Positions 12,736-24,262 of a DNA stretch of 64,000 bases are shown one piece after another. The notes beneath the pieces are model-generated. The model was not told the DNA's origin. It searched no databases and worked only from the letters and a program-made list of their open reading frames with translations. How positions within the stretch are numbered: the stretch's first letter is position 1; each line of letters opens with the position of its first letter. This DNA comes from Squalus acanthias (taxonomy: Eukaryota), in assembly GCA_030390025.1 (NCBI GenBank), contig JASTWF010000070.1, positions 1,302,001 through 1,366,000 of the forward strand, read 5' to 3'. Position numbers and translations under genes: made by a program.

Positions 12736-13467
12736 GAAAGGTCAAACAGTGAGGCGCCATGTTCAACCGCACACAGAAGACAGTTGCTACCCAGGGTAGA
12801 TTCAACTGAACAGAGAGCAGACTCGAGTACATTGACCACATTTACAGCCTCCCCTTCCATGTGACACCGCGTCCTGTTTATCTGCATTGCCCAGTGTTTG
12901 CACAGGAGTAATTGATACTATTCTGAGCCTCAATATCATTCATTAAATATCCACTCCCTCCACCACCGGCGCACCGTGGCTGCAGTGTGTACTATCTCCA
13001 TACAGGCTGCACTGCAGCAACTCGCCAAGGCTTCTCCGACAGCACCTCCCAAACTCGCGACCTCCACCACCTAGAAGGACAAGTAGAGCAGGCGCATGGG
13101 AACACCACCCCGCTCCAAGTCACACACACCATCATGACTTGGACAAATACCGGCCGTTCCTTCATCGTCGCTGGGTCAAAATGCTAGAATTCCCTCCCGA
13201 ACAGCACTGTGGGAGCACTTTCACCTCAAGGGACTGCAGCGGTTCAAGAAGGCGGCTCACCACCACCTTCTCAAGGGCAACTCGGGATTGACAATAAATG
13301 CCGGCCTTGCCAGCGACGCCCTCATCCCCTGAATGAATTAAATACAATTCTCAACTTTAACTGCCAAAATTAAAATTAAGAACAATGACAAGTGCACAGA
13401 TCCATACCATAACCTTTCTGTCACCCTCTCCGAACTATAATCGAAAGCTCTTTATGGCCACTCTGCA

Positions 13468-13497
13468 ATTTGCATTAGACTGACCGCTGTGACGTAC
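13468..13497 (+). promoter_or_regulatory. Ig octamer (ATTTGCAT, 13468-13475) and CRE-like TGACGTAC (13490-13497) upstream of gene A
   Basis: Exact octamer ~220 nt upstream of the gene A ATG, in light-chain orientation. Confidence 0.5.
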
Positions 13498-13697
13498 AGG
13501 CACTGCCCACATGTAAAATACATGAGGCGTGGGATCCAACAAGATACTGCATCTAAAGGCTTAGCGCGGAATAGTTTCCACCGTATCTGAAGGGGGTGTA
13601 ACCAACTGTGTGTGCGCTCGGGTCACTCGGCGCCCACTCCGAATGCAGAATGTTGAGAGCAAGCACGGGAATAATTGAGCGCGGCTCCGGCCTCAAG

Positions 13698-13752
13698 ATG
13701 TTCAAGGAAGCTTTTTCCCTGATCCTCATTGTCCACGTGTTCTGGCCTTACG
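13698..13752 (+). CDS. Gene A exon 1: signal peptide MFKEAFSLILIVHVFWPY
   Basis: AAGATG start, hydrophobic leader, phase-1 donor G/GTGAGT. Confidence 0.85.
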
Positions 13753-14379
13753 GTGAGTGAGATACGGTTCCAAACTCCTAAATGGAATCAGCCAAAAACT
13801 GGAAACAATGGACTGTGTTTACTAAGTTGAAAATGTGACCGAGCTAACAGCTTTTGGCCTGATATTTTCGCCCCCTCCCTATTTCTGTGACCTCCTCCAG
13901 CCCTGCAACCCTCCGAGATCTCTGCGCTCCTCCAATTCTGCCCTCTTGCCTATCCCCATCGCTCCATCCTTGGTGGCGGTGCCTTCAGCTGCCTGGGCCC
14001 TAAGCTCTGGAATTCCCTCCCCAACCCTCTCCGCCTCTCTCTCCTCCTTTAAGACGCTCCTTAGCACTTAGCTCTTTGACCAAGCCTTTGGTCACCTGTC
14101 CTAATATCTCCTTCTGTGGCTCGGTTTCAAATTTGTGTAAAGCGCCTGGGGTCGTTTAATTACGTTAAAGGCGCTGTATCAAATAAAGTTGTTGTTGATA
14201 ATGTTGGCTTACTTTCTGATCCTTCTATAACGCGAAGTAAAGGCAAACTATAGAATGGATATAACAAGCAATAACTGAAGTCAATAATGATGCTGTTCTT
14301 AAATTACAGGCGAGGTGTTTCAACGCGGTTTCTTTCTATCGCTCAATAATCAGTTCTAATGTCACAATAATCCCTCTAG

Positions 14380-14712
14380 TTGCAGAATCCCAGCCCTTTC
14401 TGTCTCGGAGCCCCTTCACAGTGACAGCCGGAGTCGGCCAGTCGGTTGAATTTGAATATCACCAGATTTCTAAAGTGTATTTTGTGAATAGCTATTTCTG
14501 GTACAAGCAGCGTGTGGGTGAAGCCCCGAAACTAATCGATATCTCATCCTGTAATCGGACCGATTGCAAGTTTACTTCTAAAAAAGGACACACCGAATAT
14601 ATACTGATCCTGGAAATCCGCAATGTTCAGGTGGCTGACACCGGCTCCTATTACTGTGCTGCTAGCGGTAGCTATGCACCGCTCGGGAATGGATCCACAC
14701 TGCTGGTTGGAA
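14380..14712 (+). CDS. Gene A exon 2: germline-joined VJ-type Ig domain
   Basis: Acceptor CTCTAG; motifs WYKQ, DTGSYYC and J-like LGNGSTLLVG; donor A/GTAAGT; 333 nt, phase 1-1. The B-strand Cys is replaced by Tyr (TAT, 14457-14459). Confidence 0.92.
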
Positions 14713-14802
14713 GTAAGTGCAAAACCAAATTGAATTCAGATCATGCACAGCAATATCATTCGGTGTAAACTAAGAGTTAACTGTGTTCCAATCCCTCTCC
14801 AG

Positions 14803-15123
14803 ACAGTTCCACACCCAAGACGGCTGTGCTGGTGTTTGCTCCACCGGGGGAGCCGCATTTAAGGGACACCGTCCCCTTGGTGTGTTTGGTCACTGGCGTC
14901 TCCTCGAACCAGATTGCTATTTACTGGATCGTTACCGGACAGGTGACCGAGGGACGGAGCGATTCTGGTACACTGGACCCGGACGGGACCTACAGCATCA
15001 GAAGCCATGTGATGGTCTCGGGGGAAGCCTGGAGAAGCGGCGGGGTCTGCACCTGTATTGTTGAGCTGGGTTCCAAGGACAAATCTTGGGCCAAGAGCGT
15101 GTCGCGCCCCAAAACAGTGGCAG
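14803..15123 (+). CDS. Gene A exon 3: C1-set Ig domain
   Basis: VLVFAPP...LVCLV...YW...DGTYSIRSHV...W...VCTC; 321 nt, phase 1-1, after a 90-nt intron. Confidence 0.92.
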
Positions 15124-15854
15124 GTGAGTCGGTGATCTGTATAGCGAAGGTCAGAATTCAGCTTTAGCGTCAGTTGGAGTAGTTCACTCGCTCCGAAGCG
15201 CCTGAAGTCTGTAAATAAAGCAACACCACGGGCTGAGCATGAATATCTATATATCAGGAGAAATACTGCGATCAATCTGTTATAAAATACATTGAAATAA
15301 ACTACGGTTACCCTCCGTCCCGGGTCCTGTAAATACTTTCACCGCTCTTGGCTGACTTTAGATTTCTGCGTGTCATTTTAGAATCATAGAATGATACAGC
15401 GCAGGAGGAGGCCATTCGGCCTATCGTGCCTGTGCCGGCTCTTTGAAAGAGCTCTCCAATTAATCCCACTCCGCCCCTGCTCTGTCTCCACAGCCCTTGC
15501 AAAATTTTCCCCTTCAATTATTTATCCGATTCCCTTTTGAAAGTTATTAGTGAATCAGCTTCCATGCCCTTTCAGGCAGCGCATCCTGGAATGGATTGGA
15601 GTGAACGCACTTTCTGAACTGAAGCTAGTCAAGAGATGCGGTGAAATAGTTGGCTGAACGCGTCTGCTGGGATCAGACGCTCGCTCATTTCCACCCGTTT
15701 ATTTTCTCGTTTCCTATTTTAAAGACCCGAACCACCCTTATCAATCCCCACTTTCCCCATGAAATATATTTTCTTTTAATCGGGTTATGAAGCTTCACTG
15801 AAATTGGGTATTCGTTTCAGTTTACCACTCATAAAAAATGGGGGGTGTATGAGC

Positions 15855-16910
15855 ATAAATCTTTGAAGGTTGCAGAACAAGTCGAGAAGACTGTAAAAAA
15901 CATATGGGATCCTTGGTTTTATTAATAGAGGAATAGAGTACAGAAGCAAGGAAGTTATGCTAAACCCTTATAAAACACTGGTTGGGACACAGCTGGAGTA
16001 TTGTGTCCAATCCTGGGGACAACACTTTAGGAAGTTTGTGAAATCTAAATTCTAACAGGACTAGACAGACAAGATGCAGGAAGGATGTTCCCGATGGCGG
16101 GGGAGTCCAGAACCAGGGGTCACAGTCTAAGGGACAAGCCATTTAGGACTGAGATGAGGAGGAATTTCTTCACCCAGAGAGTGGTGAACCTGTGGAATTG
16201 TCTACCACAGAAGGCACTTGAATCCAAATCATAAAATATATTCAAGAAGGAGTTAGATATATTTCTTAAGGCTGAAGAGATCAAGGGATATGAGGAGAAA
16301 GCAGGGACAGGATACTGAATTTGGATGATCAGCCATGATCTCATTAAATGACGGAACAGGCTCGAGGGGCCGAATGGCCGACTCCTGCTCCTATCTTCTA
16401 GGTTTCTAAGTCCTTGGAGAGTGTGCAGAGAAGATTTACCAGAATGGTACCAGGGATGAGGGACTTCAGTTGTGTGGATAGACTGGAGAAGCTGGGATTG
16501 TTCTCCATGAGCAGAGAAGGTGAAGAGGAAATTTAATAACGGTTTCAATCATGAATCATGAAGGGTTCTGATAGAATAAATAATGAAAAACTATTCCCAT
16601 TGGCAGAAGGGTCGCCAACCAGAGGACACAGATTTAAGGTGATTGTCAAAAGTACCAGAGGCGAGATGAGGAGACATTTTTTTACGCAGCCAGTTGTTGT
16701 GATCTGGAATGTGGTGCCTGAAAGTGCGGTGGAAGCAGATTCAATAGCAACTTTCAAAAGGGAATTGGAAAAATAATTGAAGGGATAACATTAACAGGGG
16801 AATGGGGAAAGAGAAGGGGAGTGGGACTAATTGGACAGCTCCACAAACGAACCGGCACAGCCACGATGGGTTGAATGGCCTCCTTCTGAGCTGTAAACAT
16901 TCTATGATTC
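15855..16910 (+). mobile_element. Nested CR1 3' fragments in a gene A intron
   Basis: One CR1 3' end (~16050-16405) interrupts a second CR1 ORF2 fragment. Confidence 0.85.
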
Positions 16911-17181
16911 CGTTTTCAAATAGGATGTTTTGATTGTGCATTATTAAAATTATGGAGCAATACTGAGGGTGCCGTCTGTCAATTTGCCTCAGCCACCAAA
17001 CTAGTGCAATTTATTCCATTATGAGCATTCACTTGTCCAATATCCGTCGCATTGGCTGGTTTGTCCTTTCACACCCCGGGTTTGATGGTCCTTCATTGTA
17101 ACTGGTTCAGGTTTCTCATCAGAGAATCCCAGAAAGTAATGAGTTGACCCAGCAGCATTTTCTAAGTGTTTCTCTCTGTAG

Positions 17182-17283
17182 GGTGGTGCATTCTGACCCT
17201 TCCCATTGCAATAAAGATTATGCTGATCCTGGTTCTGGTATTGATCTTCATTTCCATTTGGAATCATAAAAGCCGCAGATCAG
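17182..17283 (+). CDS. Gene A exon 4: transmembrane exon GWCILTLPIAIKIMLILVLVLIFISIWNHKSRRS
   Basis: Acceptor CTGTAG, donor G/GTGAGA, 102 nt, phase 1-1; hydrophobic span followed by basic residues. Confidence 0.88.
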
Positions 17284-17381
17284 GTGAGAATTTACATTTA
17301 CCAGGAATATTTTAATAAATGTTTGTTTAATGCGATTCCCTTCACGGAGGTTTAAATACTAATTACAGTTAATTGTTTCAG

Positions 17382-17412
17382 AAGAACGAGTCAAGAGACC
17401 CCACAAGGAAAG
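17382..17412 (+). CDS. Gene A cytoplasmic exon 1 (EERVKRPHKE)
   Basis: TTTCAG acceptor, AG/GTGAGT donor, phase 1 to 2, compatible with the next exon. Confidence 0.75.
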
Positions 17413-17640
17413 GTGAGTAACTGAACCATTTACAATGTTCATCAGTAACAGTCTCACTGTATTTAACACTGTGTCAAAACCAGTCAACACCTACTCCAAT
17501 TTCAAAATTTTCCACGTTCTTTTGAGTTTGTTCAAAGTCCATTCCACAATTCTGTTCTTGATATTCATGGCACGTGACGAAGGATTTAAAAGAAGTAATG
17601 CTTGTTTCATATTTTTGTTTGCATACAGTTTTAGTTTCAG

Positions 17641-17681
17641 AGAGAGAACGATAAGAGCCGGAAGAAATGAGCGACACTCGG
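17641..17681 (+). CDS. Gene A cytoplasmic exon 2 (RERTIRAGRNERHS)
   Basis: TTTCAG acceptor, G/GTGAGT donor, phase 2 to 1. Confidence 0.75.
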
Positions 17682-17892
17682 GTGAGTTGCATTGAAATGT
17701 TGGTGCCGATAGAACATCAATTGCAGGATATTTCAAAGATCAATAAGTTCATTTCCCGCCATCAAAATGACCAGCCATCGTGCTCCTGACTGCCGGACCT
17801 ACAGAAAGGTTAATTATTGGTTATTAATGCTGACAATTATGTATCAGATGGACAATAGACGCCAGACACCAGGGGTGGATCGCCCGTGTCTA

Positions 17893-18320
17893 TCCATTGG
17901 CTTATTGGTGAGCCATTTGCATAGTGGGGGACCATTGGCTTATTGCGGTACCCTTAGCTTATTGGGATTTAATTGGCTTATTCAGATATCATTGGCATAT
18001 TGGTGGACCATTGGCATAGTAGTGGACAGTTAGTGTATTGGGGTACCTTTGGCATATGGGGGTACCATTGGTATATTGTTGGACCATTGGCATTTTGGAG
18101 CACCATTGGCTTATTGGTGAACCATTGGTGTAGTGGGGGACAGTTGGCATATTGAGGTGCCATTGCGTATTGGTGGGCCATTGGCATATTGGATGATCAT
18201 TGGTTGATTGGGGTACCTTTGGCGTATTGGTGGACAATTGGCATCTTGGTGGAAAATTGGCATATTGTGGTAGCATTGGCATATTGGTGGACCTTTGGCA
18301 TATTAGGGGGCCATTGGCGC
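17893..18320 (+). repeat. Degenerate ~20-bp minisatellite (consensus near CCATTGGCATATTGGTGGA), about 20 units
   Basis: ATTGG units recur with ~19-21 nt period. Confidence 0.85.
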
Positions 18321-18398
18321 ATGCTGCCTCGATAATTAATTATAGATTAGCCAGAATTGAGAATGTTTAAATTCATATTCTTAACTGTTGATACACAG

Positions 18399-18448
18399 GT
18401 GACACCCATCAAATGGAGGGGAAGCGGACACTTCAGGGTGCAATACAT
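18399..18448 (+). CDS. Gene A cytoplasmic exon 3 (GDTHQMEGKRTLQGAIH)
   Basis: ACACAG acceptor, /GTAAGT donor, phase 1 to 0. Confidence 0.7.
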
Positions 18449-18885
18449 GTAAGTAAGTTCATTGAACCTGTTGCAATAACATACAGGAACTTGGTGATTT
18501 ATGGGATGGGTGCAATGCGCCACATGCGGGATATTTCACACGGTTGGCATTGAGCAGGTCATAGTCCAGATCATCTTAATTTGCAGCGAATCCCACTCGT
18601 TGCTCCAACTGGAAATAGAACATATCCCGCAGCCCTCTTCCCATCTGATAATAGAAAGGATAGGTTAATGTTACGGGCACAATGCCTTCACCAGACTTTA
18701 CTGCTGATTTTCAGCAGTTTCGGTTTCAATTTCAGAATTCCAGCTTTCTGCTATTTTCTATTATTTTTATCTCTACATTGAGTCCATGTCCACTCCCCTC
18801 ACAATCCTCCCCACACCCCCGCCTCCCATCCGGCAGAGATACTGTTTTTAATATATTAGCTACAGTTATTATTATGAAGATTCAG

Positions 18886-18939
18886 AAATAAGACGACACC
18901 CAGAATAGTTTCACAGATAAGTCAAAATATGTTTCTATG
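18886..18939 (+). other. Candidate gene A cytoplasmic exon with an in-frame TAA (K*DDTQNSFTDKSKYVSM)
   Basis: Phase 0-0, 54 nt, strong donor ATG/GTAAGT, conserved in remnant D; acceptor weak and uncertain. Confidence 0.4.
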
Positions 18940-19145
18940 GTAAGTCGTCGAAGAAGNNNNNNNNNNNNNNNNNNNNNNNNNNNNNNNNNNNNNNNNNNNN
19001 NNNNNNNNNNNNNNNNNNNNNNNNNNNNNNNNNNNNNNNNNNNNNNNNNNNNNNNNNNNNNNNNNNNNNNNNNNNNNNNNNNNNNNNNNNNNNNNNNNNN
19101 NNNNNNNNNNNNNNNNNNNNNNNNNNNNNNNNNNNNNNNNNNNNN

Positions 19146-19385
19146 GTGGGAGTGTAAGTGAGTGTGTGTGTGTGTGAGTGAGTGAATGTCTGAGCGGGTG
19201 AGTGAGTGTGTGTCTGTGAGTGTGAGTGTGAGTGAGTTTGTGAGTGTGAGTGAGTGTGAGTGAGTGTGTGTACGTTTATGTGTGCGTGTGAGTGTAAGTG
19301 AATGTCTGAGAAGGTGAGTGTCTGAGAGGGTGAGTGTGTGATTATGTGCATGTGTGTGTTTGTGAGTGTGCATGTGTGTGATTGT
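19146..19385 (+). repeat. (TG)/(AGTG) low-complexity tract next to an N-gap
   Basis: Direct inspection. Confidence 0.9.
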
Positions 19386-19950
19386 CAGCCGTGGCTCAAG
19401 GGGTAGCACTCTCGCCTCTGAGTCAGAAGGTCATGGGTTCAATTCGTACTCCCGAGACTTGAGCCCATAATCCAGGCTGACACTCACAGTGCAGTACTGA
19501 GGGAGCGCTGCACTGTCGGAGGGGCGGTACTGAGGGAGCTCTGCACTGTCGGAGGTGCAGTACTGAGTGAGCGCCGCACTGTCGGAGGGGCAGTACTGAG
19601 GGACCGCCGCACTGTCGGAGGGGCCATCTTTCAGATGAGACGTTAAATCAACGCCACGTCTGCCCTCTCAGGTGGACTTAAAAGAACTCACGGCACTATC
19701 TCGAAGAAGAGCAAATGAGAGTTGTCCCTGGTGACCTGGGCCAATATTTGTCCCTCAACCAACAACACAAAAAAATAGATTATCTGGGCATTATCACATG
19801 GCTGTTTGTGGGAGCTTGCTGTGCGCAGATTAGCAGCCGTGTTTCCTACATTACAACAGTAACTACACTTCAAAATTACTTCATTGGCTGTAAAGCGCTT
19901 TGGGACGTCCTGAGGACGTGAAAGATACTGTAGAAATGCGAGTTTATCTT
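19385..19950 (+). mobile_element. Near full-length tRNA-derived SINE (SacSINE1/Deu-like) with four internal ~33-bp tandem units (19491-19622)
   Basis: A/B-box-like head (TGGCTCAAGGGG...GGTTCAATTC), GCAGTACTGAGGGAGCGCTGCACTGTCGGAGG units, typical tail. Confidence 0.85.
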
Positions 19951-20619
19951 TTATGATGTGTGATTGAGTGTGTGTGTGATTCTGTCTGGGAGTGATTGAT
20001 TGTAGGTGTGTGAGAGTGATTGAGTTTCTGTGTGTGTGATTCTGTCTTGGTGTGATTGATTGTATGTGTGTGAGTGTTTGAGTGTCTGTGTGTGTGTGAT
20101 TATGTCTGAGTATGATTGATCAATGTAACCTTGCAAATGGTGCATGGCGAAACATGGCCGTCTGATTGGATTGTTTTGATGTGTCTATCCAATCAAACAG
20201 ATAGAATCATCATCCCAGTTTTCTGATTAAATGTTGGTGATTTCTGGGTTAATCTGCTTTACGAGTTGTGCCTCTGTGTGTTAAAACATTAATTCAGACA
20301 GTTCTTGTATGGACATATTCAGCCAAAGATTCTCAAATTTATTAAGAGGGTGTTGGAAGCAGATTCAATGCTAAATTTCAAAAGCGAATTGGATAAATAG
20401 TCGAAGGATACAAATGTGCAGTGCTGTGGGGAAAAGCAGGGGGAGCGGGACTAATCGGAGAGCTCTTTCAAAGAGCCGGCACAGAGACGATGGGCCGAAT
20501 GGCCTCCTTCTGTGCTGCATCATTCTCTGATTCCATGAAACGCGACTGCAGGACGGGATAGTTTGACCTGCCTTTAAATATCTTGAAATGTCAATGTTTA
20601 ATATATTTTCCTGTCTCAG

Positions 20620-20706
20620 GGCGGCCCTCCAGATCAGACTGTTCACACCGTTCTGGAATTTGGTGCCTCGGAAAAGTCATCAAAAAAGAAGGCGGGTCGC
20701 GGATGA
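20620..20706 (+). CDS. Gene A terminal exon (GGPPDQTVHTVLEFGASEKSSKKKAGRG*)
   Basis: Pyrimidine-rich CTCAG acceptor, phase 0; homologous segment in remnant D; AATAAA at 21041. Confidence 0.72.
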   Translation, partial: GGPPDQTVHTVLEFGASEKSSKKKAGRG

Positions 20707-21040
20707 GAGCCCGGAGGGTTTCTATCGGATGGATGCGGGATGCGACAGGACTTACAAAAGAACCCACAGCCTGCGGGAAAAAGAATGGAGCCACGGAGAT
20801 TCCCGTCAAACATCTAAACTATCTGCCTGCACTCGCCAGAGTTTGCAAAGTCTCTTTCTGTTCAATGTAAACGAACGTGCTTTGAGTATGGTAAAGATAA
20901 TTCACTGCATTAGTGTAATTCAAGTGTGAGACAAACATTATGAGCAGGGACTTCTCGGTTTGGTGTTTCTCTGAACCTTTCCTGCTCATCCTGCAGCTCC
21001 AGTTAGTAACAAGATTTTTATTTGCAAATGCTTGTGTATA

Positions 21041-21046
21041 AATAAA
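21041..21046 (+). terminator. Polyadenylation signal of gene A
   Basis: Tandem AATAAA about 335 nt after the stop. Confidence 0.6.
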
Positions 21047-21874
21047 ATAAATTCTTCTTCGAATTTAACAATGCACGAGACGTTCCTAATGATCAATATT
21101 TCACTTATAATTAAATGTGATCGGTATGAAACTTCAATGACTATTGAGATGACAATATCGGTCCTGAATTGAGATACTATTAGTGGCGATAGTCTCTGTC
21201 TGAGAAGCGAGAGGCTTAATCATTTACAAACAAAGAACACAACAGGAGAGAATCGCGGGCAGAGATGTGGGGATTTGTGCCTGGTTCCATTTTACCTTTG
21301 GGGTAGTGTGTTTTGCTGTGTGTAGTAATGTTAAAACTACATGTCAGAGACAGATGGTGAGTGTAGCGTGGCTTGGGAGGAATGGGTGACTTTGGACCTG
21401 TTGTTTCCTAAAGCTCTCCACCACTGCAGCTTTGCTCACGTCAGATCTGGGTGTGTTGTAGACTCGTGGATAGGGATGGATTGCCATGACAACCCCATTA
21501 TCATTGATGGTGGAAGCTGAACTCGGTGGACCTAGGCCTTTTCTAGTCGAGCAATTCCTCTGTTAAAGATCCCAGGTATGCACAGTATTGAGCGAGAATA
21601 TTCAACCAGAGACAGGATTGCACCGTAGGTGATTATATTGATTTATCCATCAGAGTCAGATCAGTCTAAGTATTCCCCTTCTGATTAGTTTGGAATCAGC
21701 ATGTACAACCGAATGAGATTCAGAAGCAGCAAAAACTGTTCCTGGCAAAGACCCTTTAAAATCCATCTCCCAGAAACTGTCCAATAAATCACATGAGGAT
21801 TTGAATAATTTCCTAACAACCGTGTTCTTCTTAATGTCAGTTTATACTGTAGGGTTCTATAAAGCAGATCTAAG

Positions 21875-24262
21875 TTCACCAGGATGATACCGGGTCAAAG
21901 AGGGTTACATTTTCAGGACAGGTTGCATAGAGTAGGCTTGTATTATTTTGAGTTTCGAAGATTAAGGGTGATCTAATTGAGATGTTTAAGATGATTAAAG
22001 GATTCGATAGGGTAGATAGAGAGAAACTATTTCCTCTGGTGGGGAGAGTCCAGAACAAGGGGACGGAACCTTAACATTAGAGCCAGGCCGTTCAGGGGTG
22101 ATGTCAGAAAGCACTTCTTCACACAAAGGGTGGTGGAAATCTAGAACTCTCTCATCCAAAAAGTTGTTGAGTCTGAGGGTCAATTGAAAATATCAAAGCT
22201 CAGATTGATAGATTTTTGTTCGGTAAGGGTATTAAGGGTTACGGAACCAAGGCGGGTAAATGGAGTTAAGATACAGATCAGCCGTGATCTTCTAATTGAA
22301 TGGTGGATCAGGCTCCAGAGGCTGAATGGCCTCCTCCTGTTCCAATGTTCCTGTCGCCAGTAGGATAATTAGTTCGGACAACTAAAAGGCAAATTGAAGA
22401 CTGATTTTTGGAGGTTCATCACACAAAGAGTGATCAGCACATGGAATGGTGCTCTGGGTGGGGTGGTGTGAATGAAAATCCCTGGAGTCATTTCGGAATC
22501 AGTTTGGCTGCCCTGATGGGCCAGAAGGTCAGAACCTTTCTGGATTCCTGAGCTACGTTTGGTAGAATGGCCTTTTTCACCTGCAGTGACCTTGTGACAA
22601 GTGTCTCCAAATACGCTTTGCAATATCTGCGCAGAATATTTTGACAGCAGAATATTGTTAATTTCGGCATGTTTCTATCCCCTCAGTACATGATTTACAA
22701 GAGATTATCGATGTGATCAGAGCCTAATAACCATCTCAATTATCCATTAATCATCACACCAACGGCCTCATACCCAGCTTTTAAATGTGTATGAAATCGA
22801 AGGTGTACCCGAAATATACCACAGCATCTCGGCGAAACAGCCTTTGAATTTTACTCTTGTATTTGACCGATTTCCGAATGTGAAGAGCGAATTGTGCTAC
22901 CGCTGCGAATTATTAACATCGCCAGCAAACCGCTTTCAGTCACAGCCGAAGGGTTCTGCTTTACAAAGTTACAAAGTGTTCACAGCACAGAAACAGTCCA
23001 TTCGGCCCCACTGGTCCCTGCCGGGGTTTCTGCTCCACACGGGCCGCCTCCCACCCCCTTTCATCTCACCCCATCAGCATATCCTTCTATTCCTTTCTCC
23101 CTCATGTGTTTACCCAGCTTCCCCTTAAATGCATCTATGCCATTCGCCTCAACCACTCCCTGTGGAAACGAGTTCCACATTCTCACCACTCTCTGGGTAA
23201 AGAAGTTTCTGCTGAATTCCTTATTGGATTTATTTGTGACTATCTTATATTTATGGTCACTTCACAAGTCAAAACAACTTCTCTTCCTATCAAACCCTTT
23301 CATAATCTTAAAGGCCTCTATCAGGTCACCCCTCAGCCTTCTCTTTTTAAGAGAAAAGAGCCCCAGCCTGTTCAATCTTTCCTGATGTGTATAACCTCTC
23401 AGTTCTGTTTCATCCTTGTACATCTTTTTTTGCACCTTCTCCAGTGCCTCTATATCCTTTTTATAATATGGAGACCAGAACTGTGCACAGTGCTCCAAGT
23501 GTGGTCTAACCAAGGTTCAATACAAGTTCAACACAACTTCGCTGCTTTTCAATTCTATTCCTCTAGAAATGAACCCCAATGCTTTGGTTTGCTTGTTTTA
23601 ATGGCCATGTTAACCTGTGTCACTACTTTTATTGGTTTGTGTATCTGCACCCCATATACTCTACCACAGTTGAAAACGTATTTTCAAAGAACTAACAGAC
23701 ACTAACAGTGGGTAAAAGCAACAATAAATTTGCTGACGAAATCACTTAACTGCATTATTAAAAAAGAGCAGATGGATTGAAATTAATCTACTTTCGATCT
23801 TAAATGTGACAGAGTTCACTCCCAGGAAAGAGCCAGTGAAATTCGGGGTCCACTTGCATTAGAACATTAGAAATACGAGCAGGAGTAGGCCATTTGACCC
23901 TTCGAGCCTGCACCGCCTTTGAATAAGATCATGGCTGATCTTCTACCTCATCTCCACTTTCCTGTACTATTCCCATATCCATTGAGTCCCCTACTGTCCA
24001 AAAATCTATCTGTCTTGAACATACTCAAAGACTGAACCTCCACAGCCCTCTGGAATAGAGAATTCCAAAGATTCACCACCCTGTGAGTGAAGAAATTTCT
24101 CCTCACCTCAGTCCTAAATGGCCGACCCATTATTCTGAGACTGTGACCCCTTGTTCTGGACTCCCCAGCCAGAGGAAACATGCTACCTGCATCTACACTG
24201 TCAAACCCTGTAAGAATTTTGTATGTTTCAATGAGATCACCTCTCATTCTTCTAAACTCCAG
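21875..24262. mobile_element. CR1 3' fragments between genes A and B (+ ~21875-22350; - ~22960-23660; - ~23860-24262)
   Basis: ORF2 C-terminal motifs RGDLIE and FFTQRVV, plus 3' tails. Confidence 0.85.

Noticed and set aside
14417-14423. CACAGTG heptamer in the gene A V exon
   Set aside because: It lies in FR1 with no nonamer at 12- or 23-bp spacing.
19491-19622. Regular ~33-bp repeats superficially resembling a CRISPR array
   Set aside because: No unique spacers; this is an internal tandem expansion of a SINE in vertebrate DNA.
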